Source of the DNA: Podarcis liolepis
Lineage: Eukaryota
Direction: 5' to 3' (one strand)
Length of the DNA: 64,000 nt
NCBI GenBank assembly: GCA_965112155.1
Contig: OZ218102.1
Shown: piece by piece, positions 1 to 13,768 of the stretch
Layout: each line of letters begins with the position of its first letter
Position numbering within the stretch: position 1 is the stretch's first letter
Program-made: the position numbers and the translations under genes
The notes under the pieces: model-generated
What the model was told of the DNA's origin: nothing
The model's database searches: none
Seen by the model: only the letters and a program-made list of their open reading frames with translations

Positions 1-371
1 GTTTATAAATAATTAGATGTTTGGGGCAGCCATATTTTCTCTTGGTCGATTTTCTACTTGTGTTAATCAGCTGTCGATCGCTTTGTGAATGAGCACCTTC
101 CAACAATAAATACAAAAAAAAGAGTTCCACTTTTATCTTTTATTTCCTCCCGAGTCAGATGAAATGGCACATTTTAGTGCCAAGTGCAAAAACAATTGCC
201 TTCAGCTTTTTTAGTATTAAATTTATTCCCTAGCAGATGTCTTATAATGCATCGTACACAAGTTTTTCAAAGAGAACATATGGCTTTCATATTTTTTTTC
301 TTTAGAAAAAATTCAGGTTGTCGCAGCAAAGTTGCTTTACTTGATGTGCTACAGTGATCTAGGCTCTGTAA

Positions 372-671
372 NNNNNNNNNNNNNNNNNNNNNNNNNNNNN
401 NNNNNNNNNNNNNNNNNNNNNNNNNNNNNNNNNNNNNNNNNNNNNNNNNNNNNNNNNNNNNNNNNNNNNNNNNNNNNNNNNNNNNNNNNNNNNNNNNNNN
501 NNNNNNNNNNNNNNNNNNNNNNNNNNNNNNNNNNNNNNNNNNNNNNNNNNNNNNNNNNNNNNNNNNNNNNNNNNNNNNNNNNNNNNNNNNNNNNNNNNNN
601 NNNNNNNNNNNNNNNNNNNNNNNNNNNNNNNNNNNNNNNNNNNNNNNNNNNNNNNNNNNNNNNNNNNNNNN
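372..671. other. Assembly gap / masked block of exactly 300 N inside CCAR1
   Basis: Run of N from 372 to 671; ORFs 267-727 in the track are artefacts of it. Confidence 0.99.
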
Positions 672-1461
672 GGCGCAGGAACACAGGCACAAATGCACAC
701 CACATGCTACACCGCAAACATACCTAGGAGGAACATAATTGGTAACAATGACTGGTAAACCAGCTTTCAGCAGTGTAGAACTTACTTGTGTTTAATTACA
801 GCTAGTGTACCAACTTAAGTGTAGACTGATGCAACAAGTGGAATTTAAGCTGTGCGCTCCGTGCACAAATCTTTGTAATCTTAGAACTAGTTGCTGGAAT
901 CTGGGACCAGTTATTGAGTTAAGATTTCAGTTTTAAAAGTTGTGTTAAGCATTTTGCCGTTCTACCAAAAAACAAAAAACTTTTATTTTTTCTCCCATGT
1001 GTTAGCCTTTTAAAAAATAATTTTAATAATGGTACTTTGAAATAGGCAAGACATTGAAATAACATAGCCTAAAAGAATCTTATCTGGCTGATTGGCAACT
1101 TGGTAAATGTAAAAAGGTCTAACAAAATGAGGAGTATTTTGGGTGGTTTGAAAATTGGGGGATATCATACACTGTGTGGTTGGTGGTGACCAGCAGTGTC
1201 TGTGTGTCCCCGATGATCTTTGTGTTGTTGTTCTTTATCACCCTTTTGTGTTTCACAGAGATGGCTCTTATTGGCTGATGAGAGAGGCACTGTTATAAAC
1301 TAGTAGAATGTGTGTATGTGGCTTTGTTGAAATGGTAACTTTAGGAGAAGACTGTCTGATGAAACAGTTGTGGCCTTGCCCAGGTCAGCTGCAGAATTTA
1401 AGAAAGAATCATATTCATTTTGAAGCTTTCTGAAGGATGATGACTTTATTTCATTTTTTAG

Positions 1462-4400
1462 GATGAAGAGGAGAAGGATGATGGGGAAGCAAAAGAGATT
1501 TCTACTCCTACTCATTGGTCCAAACTTGACCCAAAGGCAATGAAGGTAAGCTGAAGACTTCAGGATGTTTATATTACATTACAAAGTCTAGTAAATATTG
1601 CAGTATTGTTTCTTTTCTGAAGATAGTACAGCTATTGAGAATTTGTGTTGCTTTGATCTTTTTAAATGAGTGAAATCTTTGAAAATCACTGATACACATT
1701 ATATTGGGGCAAATGTATTATGAATTTTTACAAAATGAAGCTTTGTGATTTTTGCCAAGTTTTGCTTGCCTTATATTTCAGTAATTTGAGATGTGCTTGT
1801 CTCTGAATAGGTTTGATTATATAAGTACAAAATTGTGAATTGAAGGCTCACTGTAATATTTATCAACTAGGTTAATGACTTACGCAAAGAATTAGAAAGC
1901 CGAACTCTTAGCTCAAAGGGCTTGAAATCCCAGCTGATAGCCCGACTAACAAAGCAACTCAAAGTGGAAGAGCAGAAGGAAGAACAGAAAGAATTGGAGA
2001 AGTCTGAAAAGGAAGATGAAGAGGAGGAAGAGAGGAAATCTGAAGATGACAAAGAGGTAGCTGTCTAGTGGATTTACTAGTGGAAAATGTTCACTAGCAA
2101 ATGTTTAGTTCATTATTAAGCAGAACTTCAGGTGTGCTTGTGTGTGATAGGAAGATCTTCATAATGAGAGCAAGGACTGATCTTATGCATGCACACTGTA
2201 GTTGTGGTGGGCTGCTTTCTCATAACTTCTTGCCATACCAATCCAAAAGCTACAGGGTCTTGTCTCCAGTGTTACCTAGCCCCTGAGGGAACGTGGTGGT
2301 AGCATGGGAAGGAGCTGCTAAGCCATTTATGTCTACATCTCTATTTACATGTGAATCTTCCTTGTTGCAATAAACATTGCTAGTGCCAAGAACACTAAAT
2401 AACAGGGCTTGTTAAGTTACATTAGAGTTAAATAAATTTCCAGCCATAACGTAGTGTTGGTTAGGCCTTCGCTTTGTAGAGAAGAAATATTCTCTCCTTT
2501 TCCTCAAATGCAGGATGCATCATCTCTCATCTCCTTAATCTTAGGTGTCTTAGGGTAAGAGAAATTGACCTGAGGATCTTGATCACTGAGTGAAAATTTG
2601 AACCTGGGTCTCCCCAGTCACTCCCACACTAGGCTGACTCTCCAGGTTCTGTCATGGCGTGTCCTCGCTAGCATGCATATAACATTCACATAGGGGAAGG
2701 GAATAGAAGTGTCTAGTAAGCAACTGAATATGTGGCTCTCCCCACTCCCCCTGCCTTTTTACCCCGCTCAAGAAGTAAATATTTGAAGTTCATACTCTGA
2801 TGTCTCCACTCCAAATTCCTTTTTTCAAATCTTTAGGAAGAAGAAAGAAAACGCTTAGAGGAAGTGGAACGCCAACGTCGAGAGAGGCGATACATCTTGC
2901 CTGATGAGCCAGCAATCATTGTGCATCCGAACTGGGCAGCCAAAAGCGGAAAGTTTGACTGCAGTATTATGTCTCTTAGTGTTCTTCTGGATTACAGGCT
3001 GGAGGATAACAAAGAGCATTCTTTTGAGGTCATCTCTTCACCTAACTTTTTCCCCTCACTATTTCTGAATAACTGCTTGCGTGATCAGCCTTCTGATCAC
3101 ACGGCATTGGATACAATTAATTAAGGTGTCCCTGTTCTCTTAAGAGTGCAGCCTTTTCAAGCTTTTGATTTTATGCCCCCATCTTGGTTCTGTGATGAGA
3201 CAGGGCCAGCTCAATTACTTACGTCAGATTAAGAAAAAAGGACACTGTTTACCAGCAGTACAGCTGTGAAACCTCCATTCATTTGAATTGGATTTGCACC
3301 AAGCTAGACTTCTGTGCTCCTGTTACAGTAAATAAATTATGACAGTTGTATCCCTCTCTTCTACTGTAGCCTGGCACCATACATGCAGTGGCTTAGCGAT
3401 CTTCAAGTGGGGCCTACTTTATAAGAAAGTTGAACTTTGCCATGGAATCAGGGGATATAGTTGGGCAACTCCATATTATGTAACTTCAGCCTGCCTTTCT
3501 GTAAAATGAGGATATGGTGAATTTCCTCACTAGAATTTTGTTTAAGGAAAAGAAAAGATTGTAAAACTGCAGAATTTCAAGTGCAAGGTTAATTTTTTAT
3601 TTCTGCATTCTTTTAATGAACAGGGATTTTGATATTATTGCTTGTATTGAAGTTGAATATTATGTAACTGTTTTCTCAGGTGTTAATCACTTCTAGCAAA
3701 ACCAGCAAAAAGTCTTGTGGCATGTTAAAGACTAATTTATTATGGCATGAGTTTTCATGGACAGTAGTCCATTTTTTCAGCTGTATAAAATGTTATCCTG
3801 AGTTGTAGGTATATTGAGGGTGGGGCATAGTACACAGTGAGGTTGAAGGAAATGAAATGTACGAAAGTACAAGCAGAGTTAATTACATTTTTAACAAGAT
3901 TATGCGAGTGTACTGTTTGTAATTCTGTTTCGGTGCTTTGTTAATTCTAGTTTGTTGCTTCCTGTGCAGGTTTCATTATTTGCTGAACTTTTCAATGAAA
4001 TGCTTCAAAGGGACTTTGGTGTCCGAATATACAGATCCCTCTTGTCGCTTCCAGATAAGGAAGATAAGAAAGATAAAAAGAACAAAAAAGATGAGAAGAA
4101 AGAGAAAAAGGAAGAGCGAGATGATGAAAATGATGACCCAAAGCCTAAAAGAAGAAAATCTGGAGATGAGAGAGAAAGAAAAGATGAGAGGGATGACAGG
4201 AAGGTTAGTGGCCATTAGAAGAAATAACTAATCAGCTGATGGATTAAGAACGGTTTGTGGAGGAAGGGCTTGTTACTAAATATCATCAGTTTTAATTTTA
4301 TTTCTCATACTGGTTAATTTTGTCAGATCTTGCTGGATAGGAATTCTATAACTGATTTCCTCCCCTTACAAGGAGTTCAAATTGTTATATGAAAAAAATA

Positions 4401-7400
4401 AATCCTCCCCTACCCCAGACAATGACAACAACTGGAGCACTGCTTCAGCTTAATAATTTTCTGATTGTTGGTTCACTCTTCAGGGCAAATAGGAAATACA
4501 GAAGCGTAAGCAATATCATCATCCATTTTCACGTCCTCTTGCTAGGGGAGTGGGATTGAATCCCAGATCTCTTTGATTTGTTTTAGAACCTTTTGCACCA
4601 AGGGTGAGATCCAGTGTTTTATGAATGGACTACCCCTTCCTCTCCTCTCTGTGCACTCCAGAATCTGCTCCAGAGGGCTGAGGGTTCTTCTAGAGTGGAT
4701 TTAGAGATATACAAGGGAGAACAGGGTAGAGGAGAAGAAGGGATAGTCACATTACACAAGCAGAAACGGATTACCCAGTCGGGCAGACACAGTTGGATGG
4801 ATATCACCCCCAATTTGTGTGGCTTGAAGGTTTTTAAATTACTGCTGCCAGTTGTTGGATTGTGTTAATATTTATGAACTAATTACAGAGAGAAGATAAG
4901 AGGAAGGATGATGCTAAAGATGAAGATGAAATGGAAGATGACAATAACCAGGAAGAATACGATCCAATGGAAGCAGAGGATGCTGAAGATGAAGATGATG
5001 GTATATGGGGATGATTACTCTAATTAAAAGGTGGCAGGTGCAGACAAAGGCAAAACTGTAGAGCCCTCAGTTATGTGTGTTGATTTACACTAGTGAATTT
5101 GCAGTGAGTAACAGACTGTGTACAATACTTCTGTACCTTTTGATGTGAAAATTCAATCTATAAAACTACAATTATTACTTAAGATTATTGAACCAAAGTG
5201 GTCCGGAAGAGAAATAATATCTTTGGCACATGCGTGTTAACAGAACTTCTGCTGTTTCTTTCTATGTTGTAAGATGCCCTTAACATCATGTGAGCTGTGT
5301 GCATCTTCATTCTAAGATATGTATAACAGCAGTATAAAGCGCTAACGTAATATGAATATGCTGAAGGTAATGTTTGTTTCCATAGATAGGGATGATGAGG
5401 AAATGAACAGACGAGATGACAGAAGAGAGGGAAACCGGCATTGCAAAGAGAGAGCTTCTAAAGATAAGGTATTTAGTGCTGTGAGTTCCTAACTGTGAAT
5501 CAATGAAGATGCTAGAGAACTAGGAAGGAATAGCCTGTCTGCCAAAACTGTCTTCATCAGTCTTAAGTTCTGTTTCCTGAAGGGTTTGTTTACTGGAGAT
5601 AGTGTCAAAAACCAATTGAGGTGAAAACTGTCTCCATATTACGTAATATACAAGTAGCTCTGACCTGTAATCAGTGTGGGAACTAACTCCTGGAAAAAAA
5701 TTCTGTCAGATCCTGCTGCTCCTATCTCTTGTCCTCATAAATTGTATAACCATCTATGAAAGTGCTTAGTGTTGTAGCGCTTTAGAAAATTTATATATAT
5801 GCACATGCCTTTAAGGAAGCTGTACTTCACATATTTTCTAATACTGAAATAACTAATGGATAAAAAAAAAGGGAGGAAAGCCTTATTGTTATAAAATGTG
5901 TTTTTTAGGAAAGAGACAAAACACAGATGATAACTGTTAACCGCGATCTTCTGATGGCTTTCGTTTATTTTGATCAATGCCATTGTGGATACCTTCTAGA
6001 AAAGGATTTGGAAGAGATACTGTACACACTTGGACTGCATCTCTCACGAGCTCAGGTTTGTTGCTAAAGCTGTATGGGAATGAAGAAAAGGGAAGGCCTT
6101 GCAGCACTCAGTCTGCAGCACTCTGGGGTTTTTTCCTCTGGTTAACTGCAGTATAATAAAGAGAAATAAGACTTGTCCAGTCACTTTTTATACATCTGTA
6201 TTTTCTTTGCTAGAGAAAAGGGAGGAAACAAGGGGATGTTCATAATGAAAAAAATGATAAATGATTGAAGTCCACATGCATACAGAAGAATTTTATTGTC
6301 AATAATTTACGTAAAATTACTCTCTTGCTGTAAAATATTTCAAGCTTTGAGATTTGAATCCCCCCCCCTTTTTAAGGTATTTATATTGTAAAAATGTATT
6401 GCTTATATTATGCATGAGAATCATGCCTTTGTTGAGCAAACCATTAATGTGAATTTGGTCTCCTGCTATCTTAGGTTAAGAAGCTGCTTAATAAGGTGGT
6501 GCTTCGTGAATCTTGCTTTTATAGAAAACTGACAGATACTTCTAAAGATGAAGAAAATCAAGAAGAAATTGAAACTCCACAGGAAGAAATGCTAGGTGAT
6601 ACAATTTTGTTAGCTATGAAGACATGTCTACCATTATGTATGGTGAAATATCTTCTGTCTGTGTCACTTTAATAGCATGTACTCTTTCTTCAATGTGGTA
6701 GGTAGTAAAGGCTGCAGCAGTGAAATTCAGAGAGGGGACCATTTTGAATGAGCAGAAGTCCCTGTGTGCTTGCACACGGCACATTTGGATCCTATCCTGT
6801 TTTTTCCATATTTTGCCAACATGACGATCTCAACACTATGGACAATCTGAAAGTTTTTTGAGTGGGAATTTTATTCCTTATGTTGGGACTGAGGATGTGG
6901 GGGAGGGAAACTTTTGTTTCACTCTTGGAATATGCAAGTACACTGAAATTCTTGAGAAAACGTGGGACTTTGCTAATTTTCTACTGTAGGAGTCTTGAAA
7001 TTCACCAGACATGTACTGTAGGAGTCTTAAAACTCACCAGACATGTTGATTTTAATGATATTTCTTAATCCCATATAGGAAACAGGCTGCTGCTACCATC
7101 ACCTGCTATAAAACAAGAACCAAGAAGCTCAGAAGAAAACGTTGGCCTCATTGTTTACAATGGAGCTATGGTGGATGTAGGGAGTCTCTTGCAGAAACTA
7201 GAGAAGAGTGAAAAAGCCCGAGCTGAGATGGAACAAAAGCTTCAGTCACTAGAAGAAAAGACAGGTGGGAGAGTGAGATTTGAATTATTGCTTCACACAT
7301 TCAGAAAGGTTTATTATTAAAACAGAAAAATACTTTAAAGCCAAACAATTACAATTCCTATGAATTGGGTGGAGTGTATGAATACTCAGGTCTTCTGGCC

Positions 7401-9088
7401 TGAATAAAGAGGACACATCTTACCTAATCACATTACTAGCTCTGCTAGGTGATACAGCTGTATAATTAGGTACATGGCATCTTTAACGCTGTTTGTTCTG
7501 TAATGATTGAAGGAATATAGAAAAAACCGAAAGTAAAAGATTTAAGTGTTTTAAAATCTTTTTTTGGGGTTTTCAGATGAAGATGAAAAGACTATATTGA
7601 ATTTGGAGAATCTGAATAAAGGTCTGTCTGCAGAACTTAAAGAAGTCAAAAAAGATGCTGGCCAGCTACAAGAGAATTTGAAGGCATCAGAAGATACAAA
7701 TTTGCAGTTTGAGGGGCAGCTGAATAAGACAATCAAAAGTTTGGCTACAGTTATGGATGAAATACACAGCGTTCTTAAAAAGGTAAAGGTTTTTCTCATT
7801 CTGTTTGGGATTCAACTAATCTGTTGCGTGGGCACAGCGACCCCTTCTTGTGCAACCAGACAAACTGCACTTTATTAAACTTTGCCTAACCATGGAGGTG
7901 CTGTGGCCTGGAGGGTGTTCTGAAGGCCACACAGAGGCCTGTATTTGGACCCTGGGCCTGAGATTCCCCATCCCTGTGAAAGAGGTGTATAAGATTAGGC
8001 ATTGCATGGAGAAACTGGGTTCTCCCCCGTCGTAATATTAGAACTCGTGGGTTCTAACGAAGCTGAATGTTTGAAGATTCAGGACAAACACAAAGAAAGT
8101 ACTTCACATAGTGCATAGAACTCTCTTCCCCCAAGAGGTAGTGATGGCCACCAACTCAGATGACTTTAAACAAGGATTAGAGAAATGCATGGAAAATAGA
8201 GCTGTTGGTGGCTTATGTTCCCCTCCACTATTAAGAGGCAGCATGCCTCCGAATTCCAACTGCTGGGAATCAGAAGCGGAGAGAGTGCTGTTGTACTCAG
8301 ATCTTACTTTTAGATTTTCCTTAGGCATCTGGTTGGTCACTGTGCAAATAAGATGCTAGACTGTGGCCTGATCCAGCAGGGCTCTTCATATGTTTATATG
8401 ATGAATACCCACTTCCATCAAAAAACAGCCTTAAAGAGACACCGACTGTTTACTTGGAGACCCCACTGTGGTTCTTTAGTCAAGCAACATTGCAAGAGGA
8501 ACAATATAATCAATATCCTTTGGAGCCAATGGATACTGTCACACATTTGGAAGATAACACCCAAAAGAACTTCAAGAAATTGAAATATTGCTTCAGTTAT
8601 ATTATTTTCTTGCCAGCCCTGGCATTGAAAGTGTGTATGTGGGAGGGAGAGGGGAGGTGAGGGAGAGGGAAAGAAGGGGGAGAAAAGAGTAGTAGGTTTG
8701 GTTTTTGTCTCCTAGCATATTAAAAATGTGCAAATACCTGTGATTTCACATTATGTAAAAGAGTAGTATTTGAAATTGTATTAGTATTTGCAGCTATTGA
8801 AATCTGGTTTTCCTAGGTATTCAGGTATTCATTTTAAGTGTATAGTGTCATAGTTTGGCACTTCAAGCACAAGACACAAAGATCCCTGCTTATTAATCAC
8901 TAAGTGGCTGGTGACAGGTGTTTAAAAATAGTACCTGCTGTTAGCATGGGAATAATGCTGTATATGAATTTATACATTACTTAGGGCTTCAGTTGATATA
9001 ACCCTTCATTAGTGTATTTCCTCCTTTTCTACAGGATATTGTGAAGATTGAAGATCAGAAATCCAAAGAAAATGGAGCAAATGTATGA
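1462..9088 (+). CDS. CCAR1: Cell division cycle and apoptosis regulator 1, 3' part (5' exons upstream of window or in the gap): SAP domain, acidic/basic coiled coil, degenerate EF-hand-like region, C-terminal coiled coil
   Basis: GT-AG exons 1462-1545, 1871-2056, 2837-3028, 3970-4203, 4889-5000, 5386-5468, 5909-6055, 6475-6595, 7079-7264, 7577-7782, 9035-9088 (TGA 9086-9088) total 1605 nt = 534 aa in one frame: DEEEKDDGEAKEISTPTHWSKLDPKAMK/VNDLRKELESRTLSSKGLKSQLIARL (SAP)...YILPDEPAIIVHPNWAAKSGKFDCSIMSLSVLLDYRLEDNKEHSFE/VSLFAELFNEMLQRDFG...KSKENGANV*, matching vertebrate CCAR1 as recalled. Confidence 0.97.
6982..7045. repeat. Tandem duplication, 2 x 32 bp
   Basis: TACTGTAGGAGTCTTGAAATTCACCAGACATG followed by TACTGTAGGAGTCTTAAAACTCACCAGACATG (2 mismatches), just upstream of the CCAR1 acceptor at 7079. 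Confidence 0.9.
7980..8400 (+). mobile_element. CR1 LINE 3' fragment
   Basis: AAGCTGAATGTTTGAAGATTCAGGACA...GTGATGGCCACCAAC...CCTGATCCAGCAGGGCTCTTCATATGTT; related copies at 36810-37045, 38530-38852 and 63430-63810(-). Confidence 0.7.
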
Positions 9089-9356
9089 CAAACTTGCTGC
9101 TGCTGTGGGGAATATGGTGTCACATAATGTAATATAAATCATGAAACTGGAGTGTATGAAAGTGGTGCATGTTTGATTTGAGTAGTATAAATACCTTAGT
9201 CCAAGCAAAGGATGTAAAAAGTTTTATAAATGTGCGAGCCTGCTTCAAAGCATTGCTTGTAATTCATAGCTCTCAATTTATTAGACACTCCTTGAGTGAA
9301 AATAATTTTGCATTGCAAATATGTTTTAGGGCAAACTTCGTTATAGTTTGAATGCT

Positions 9357-9362
9357 AATAAA
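9357..9362 (+). terminator. CCAR1 polyadenylation signal AATAAA
   Basis: First AATAAA ~270 nt after the stop in an AT-rich 3' UTR. Confidence 0.7.
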
Positions 9363-10079
9363 GTTCATCAATTTAATGGAAAGTAGCAAGTATTTAATTA
9401 CCAAATGTTTTCCTTTTAAAGTCTAGTGGAGACTTTCCCCCCATTATTTATAGAAATGCCATTCTTAGGTTTTTATTTCAGTCTAATTAGCCTTTTTAAA
9501 TTCAGGTATAAATCATAGCATGCTGCTTAATTTTGCAAGTAAAGATTTTTAAAGAAAATTTTGAATTTCTTGTCACAGTTTCTTCCCTTTAAATCAAACC
9601 TTCTCACTTGGAAGTTGTTCTTATTACTGTTTTGGTGCCCAGTGATTAAGAAAAATAGTAAGGAACTTAGCAGAATGGTAAATTGGGATTTATATGAAAA
9701 TACAGATTGGTTTTGTTATACATTTTTTATTATTACTGCGTTAATATACCAGACACTTAAGTATGAAAATGTACAATTGCATAACTGGCCAGTAGATGTC
9801 ACTATAATGCTTTATGGGGGTGGGCGTGGGGATTGCTACTACTTTTTTATTGGCTCTCATTAAACTGGTTGTTTATTTTCCAGTGTTAATTCATTAAGAT
9901 TTCAAAAAGTCCAAGTGAGTAAAGTATTACATGCATTTCACACAACTTCTTAAAAGATCTAAATTTAAGAAGTGACAGCACCTTTGTTGTGAAAACAGAG
10001 GGTGGTATTTAAGAGACAGTATGTAGGTACATGAGCTTTACTCAAGTTAAGCAGGAACATGACCTTGGGGTTTTAATTG

Positions 10080-10325
10080 GCTACTCAGTGAAGATGTTGA
10101 CCCAAGTGTGTGGCAGCTGTGGAGAAAAAGGCAAATTCTGTGCTAGGGAACCTTGGGGAAAGTACTGAAAATAAAGCTGCACCTGAAATAATAGGTATAG
10201 TTCTGGTTCCTGCACCTCAAAAAGGATACCATAGAGCTGGAAAAGGTTCAGGAAATGGCAACCAAAATGTTAAAGTAGGTGGAGCAACTCCCCGATGAGG
10301 AAAAGGTTGCAGCAGTTGGGCTTTC
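10080..10325 (+). mobile_element. Degenerate CR1 ORF2 fragment
   Basis: TGTGTGGCAGCTGTGGAGAAAAAGGCAAATTCTGTGCTAGG and GAGCTGGAAAAGGTTCAG resemble the CR1 ORF2 C-terminal coding region (compare 59100-59450). Confidence 0.55.
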
Positions 10326-12334
10326 TACCAGTGCAGTAGCAAGGTCTATACACTAATTGTTACTCGGTGTAGCGTCACTGCCTTCCTAAGCTCTGATCAA
10401 ACCAAGTTAAGTGTGTAGAATTTAATGGTAATTTAATGCCTTGGATTTTGATTTGTAGAATATGGGAGTTTCTCTTTATGTGCCCGGTATTTTGAAAGCT
10501 GAGAGCACCATGCAGTTAAAACATACACAGAATGGAAAAAACGGGGGCACCGCAATGCTCAAAGCTTTTGTTGGTCGTTTGTTTAAATACAAGGCTTGTT
10601 GCTTAGTTGCTACCTATTTAGTTTCATGGTTCATGAAGACCTGTTGCAACCTATGAAGAGGAAAACATAAAAAGCAGTCCGATTAGAGCACCCCTCTTTA
10701 TTATTCATCCCTTTAACTGTACAGAATTAACTGTATTCGTTGGCCTAATTTCTTACCCATAACTCTATCTCAGTACTGCAGTAACGTTGGCAGCTTTTGT
10801 GATTGACCTAAATAAAAGGTCTGGTACATCTGCAGCAAACAATATGTGATTGGGGGTGGGGGTGGAAGTAAGGAGTCTGTAGTCTGCAACCTTGCATAAT
10901 TATTTTGCTGCCTCTGGTCCTCCTTGTTTTTCCTCGGGATTAAAACTTTTGCAGTTTTAATGTCTGGCTTCTGTAAGCCTGAGCCTATGAAATGTAAATG
11001 TCTTTTAGTGAGATTTGGGTTGCTTCTTCCCTCCTTTCACTCACGTGTTTGCATATTTGCCTTCCTGTTTCCTGTGACATTTAAAAATGGGAAAGCCCCC
11101 TTTGTAGGCTGACATTTTGAATTTTAAAGGATTATACGGAGGACAGGGGAGAGAGACTTCTGTCAAAGCCTTGAATGCTGCTTCACATGGACATATGTGA
11201 TGATTTGTAAGTGTGAAATAACCACTGCAGATCAAACGCCACAAAGTTTGCGCATTTCCTTAAAAAAAACCCAACAGACTGCAGTGAAGACTATTCACAT
11301 CTTGGAGGTGTTGTGTGCTCTGTTCTTAATGTTGTATTTAATTTGCTTTGATTGTATGCTTTCATTTCAGATTTACTTTGGGTGACATCTAATGGTATTT
11401 CAGCTTGCACAGTAGAACTTCCCCTTCTTCCCCTTGTAGTCCCCCAAGGTGGGGAGAGCCTTTGAAGCAAATTTGGGGGTTGTGTGAGAGGCTTGGGGGA
11501 GGGAAGCATTGTCATGTTCATTTGCACAACACTGGATATCATGCATTGCTTTTTACTGTACATTGCCCAGAGATCTTGGTTTTATAGGGTGGCATATAAA
11601 TGCTGAAAACAATGCGTTTGATGCTTATGCTATAGCAGTGCTCCAAATTAGCTGGCTCTGTTATGGAATTCATAACAGAATTGTGAATCCAGGGCTATAG
11701 CAAGGTGCATACCTGTCTTGTAGCGCGTACCTTCTTTTCCAAGATGCTGCAGCTAACTGCTTCCCCCCTTCTTGTAACAGCTGCTGCGGTCAGTGTCTTT
11801 TTCACTATTACAGGTTTATTATGCTAAATTTGTTTTCTAAACTGATGGAAAACCCAGTTCGTTTTGCTTGTCCTTAAGTTGTGGTTCTATTGCACATGCA
11901 AGGAGGTACATCATGTCTTCATATAAAGAAGTTACCTGTTTTGATAGAGGAAGTTTGTTTTAGGCTTGCTAGCCCACCCACCCACTCTTAGCAATCTCTG
12001 TTGAGGATAGGACTCTTAAATTATCAAATCTATTCTGATTATTATTAAATTCACAGACCAATAATAGTTGGTGCAAATAGCCTCAGTGGCGAGAAGTGCC
12101 TTTTACCAGCTGCACCTGGTGTGATAGCTATGATCATTCCTGAACCCAGAGAACTTGACCACAGTAGTTCAGGCGACTTAAATATTGTATTACTGTGGGG
12201 TTTCTCTTGTGCTTGGCCTGGAAACTGTAGTTAGTGCAAAATGCTGCAGCACAGTTGCTGACAGGAATGGCACCTCTGCTCGCAGATCTGCACTGGTTGC
12301 AGATTTGTTACCAGGCCAAGTCCAAGTATAAAAA

Positions 12335-12640
12335 GATCTTAACTGGTGTTGTTACTGGTGCCACAAAATACTTGCTCAGTAATTGTAAATATTCAGTCTT
12401 TTAGTGTGGCAGCACCTACACTTTGGAACGCTCGACATCAGGTAGAACCCTTCGCTCTACTCTTTGTTTATGCAGGACTATCCAGACATGTAGATGCTGA
12501 CATACTTTTAATTTTTTTTTTTGGTTAATTTTAATTATTTTAAAATGCTTCATTGTTTCAGCTGTTTATTGATACTTTTTGTATTTCTTATAAACGGTTT
12601 AGAAGTTTTCCTACAACAAAGTGTATATAAATTTTATTTT
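12335..12640 (+). mobile_element. Degenerate L2-like LINE 3' end
   Basis: TTTAGTGTGGCAGCACCTACACTTTGGAAC core followed by a T-rich 3' UTR and an AT-rich tail. Confidence 0.45.
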
Positions 12641-13768
12641 AAAAATTACACAATGAAAATAATGATCATCACAGAGGAGCCAAAGAGTTCCTTACCATCT
12701 GCTTCCTAATTTGTGTTCAAAGTTTAAAATTGAACTTTTCGGTGGCATAGGAGGGTGATCCCTTAAACAAAAAGATGGTTGTGTAGGTATTCCAGGCTGT
12801 GTTCTTAATAAAAGGAAAAGTCAGCTTCTAAGGCCTCCTTTATACAAATTACAATATAAAAGGACATAGCCCATGGATTCTACCTTTCTAGTTCCACATT
12901 GACATTCATTAGGTGCAATTGTATTAAATCAGCCAGATAGAAAAACAGAGGGCAGACCATTAAGATGAATAAGCGTAAATGCCTCTCGTAAATTGCATTA
13001 AGAATGAAAGGAAAGAAAGGCACATACTGATGTCCCAACTTTGATACTGAATCCAGATTACATGAAAAAGAAAAGTCTTAAAAGGATCACTACTTACTCA
13101 ATCACTACCAATAGTATAGAGGGAGAGAGAGAAGTCTGGATTTCAGGGAGGAATTGTTTGCTGCATATTCTTGTTCTGAGTGCTTTGCTATCATACATAA
13201 AGAGCAATGTGAGAGACTTCTACTTTAAATTAAAATTAGTCCCCTCTTCGCCTTTCTTTTTTTATTAACTTGACTCCTTTGAGGGACAAAGCCAAACACA
13301 GAAAAACTACTTTCTAAGAACCTGGTTAGAATAAGTATTAATTTGCAGAATTTTGCCACTTTTCTTTGATAATGAGTGTTTTGAAGTGTTGGGACCTTCC
13401 TGTGAAAGAGAGTCCTTTTGGTTTAGCAATATTTACTGGCAGTTAACATTTCAGAATTATCTTATTTTGCTTTTGGATAAGGAAAACTGGCTGGTTTATC
13501 ATACTTTACACATTAGTTTTTCAATTAATTATTTATTTGATCCAAGCATCATAAAATTATATAAAAAACAGATTGTATTCAGATTGTGTTCCATATGGCT
13601 GGGGTGAAACTTCTGGATTAAAATTAAAGGAAAGAAGTAAAGAACCGCTGGAGCATGATTTCTGTTCTCATCCTGAAGCAAAGTTCTTAACCCGAGGTAC
13701 TATTTCTGGGTTAGGTATTTGTATGCATATTCACCGCTTCACATTTTGGCACCTAGTACAGTGTTTCC

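Noticed and set aside
267-727. Four 114-143 aa ORFs in the track
   Set aside because: They are mostly X residues from the N gap.
1210-1278. Possible box C/D snoRNA (CCAR1 hosts SNORD98 in mammals)
   Set aside because: Box C is mismatched (CCGATGA), there is no adjacent terminal stem and no resemblance to SNORD98 as recalled; that snoRNA should lie in an earlier intron outside the window.
6982-7045. 31-32 bp direct repeats (also 32567) as CRISPR-like arrays
   Set aside because: Two adjacent copies without spacers in a vertebrate intron; simple tandem duplications.
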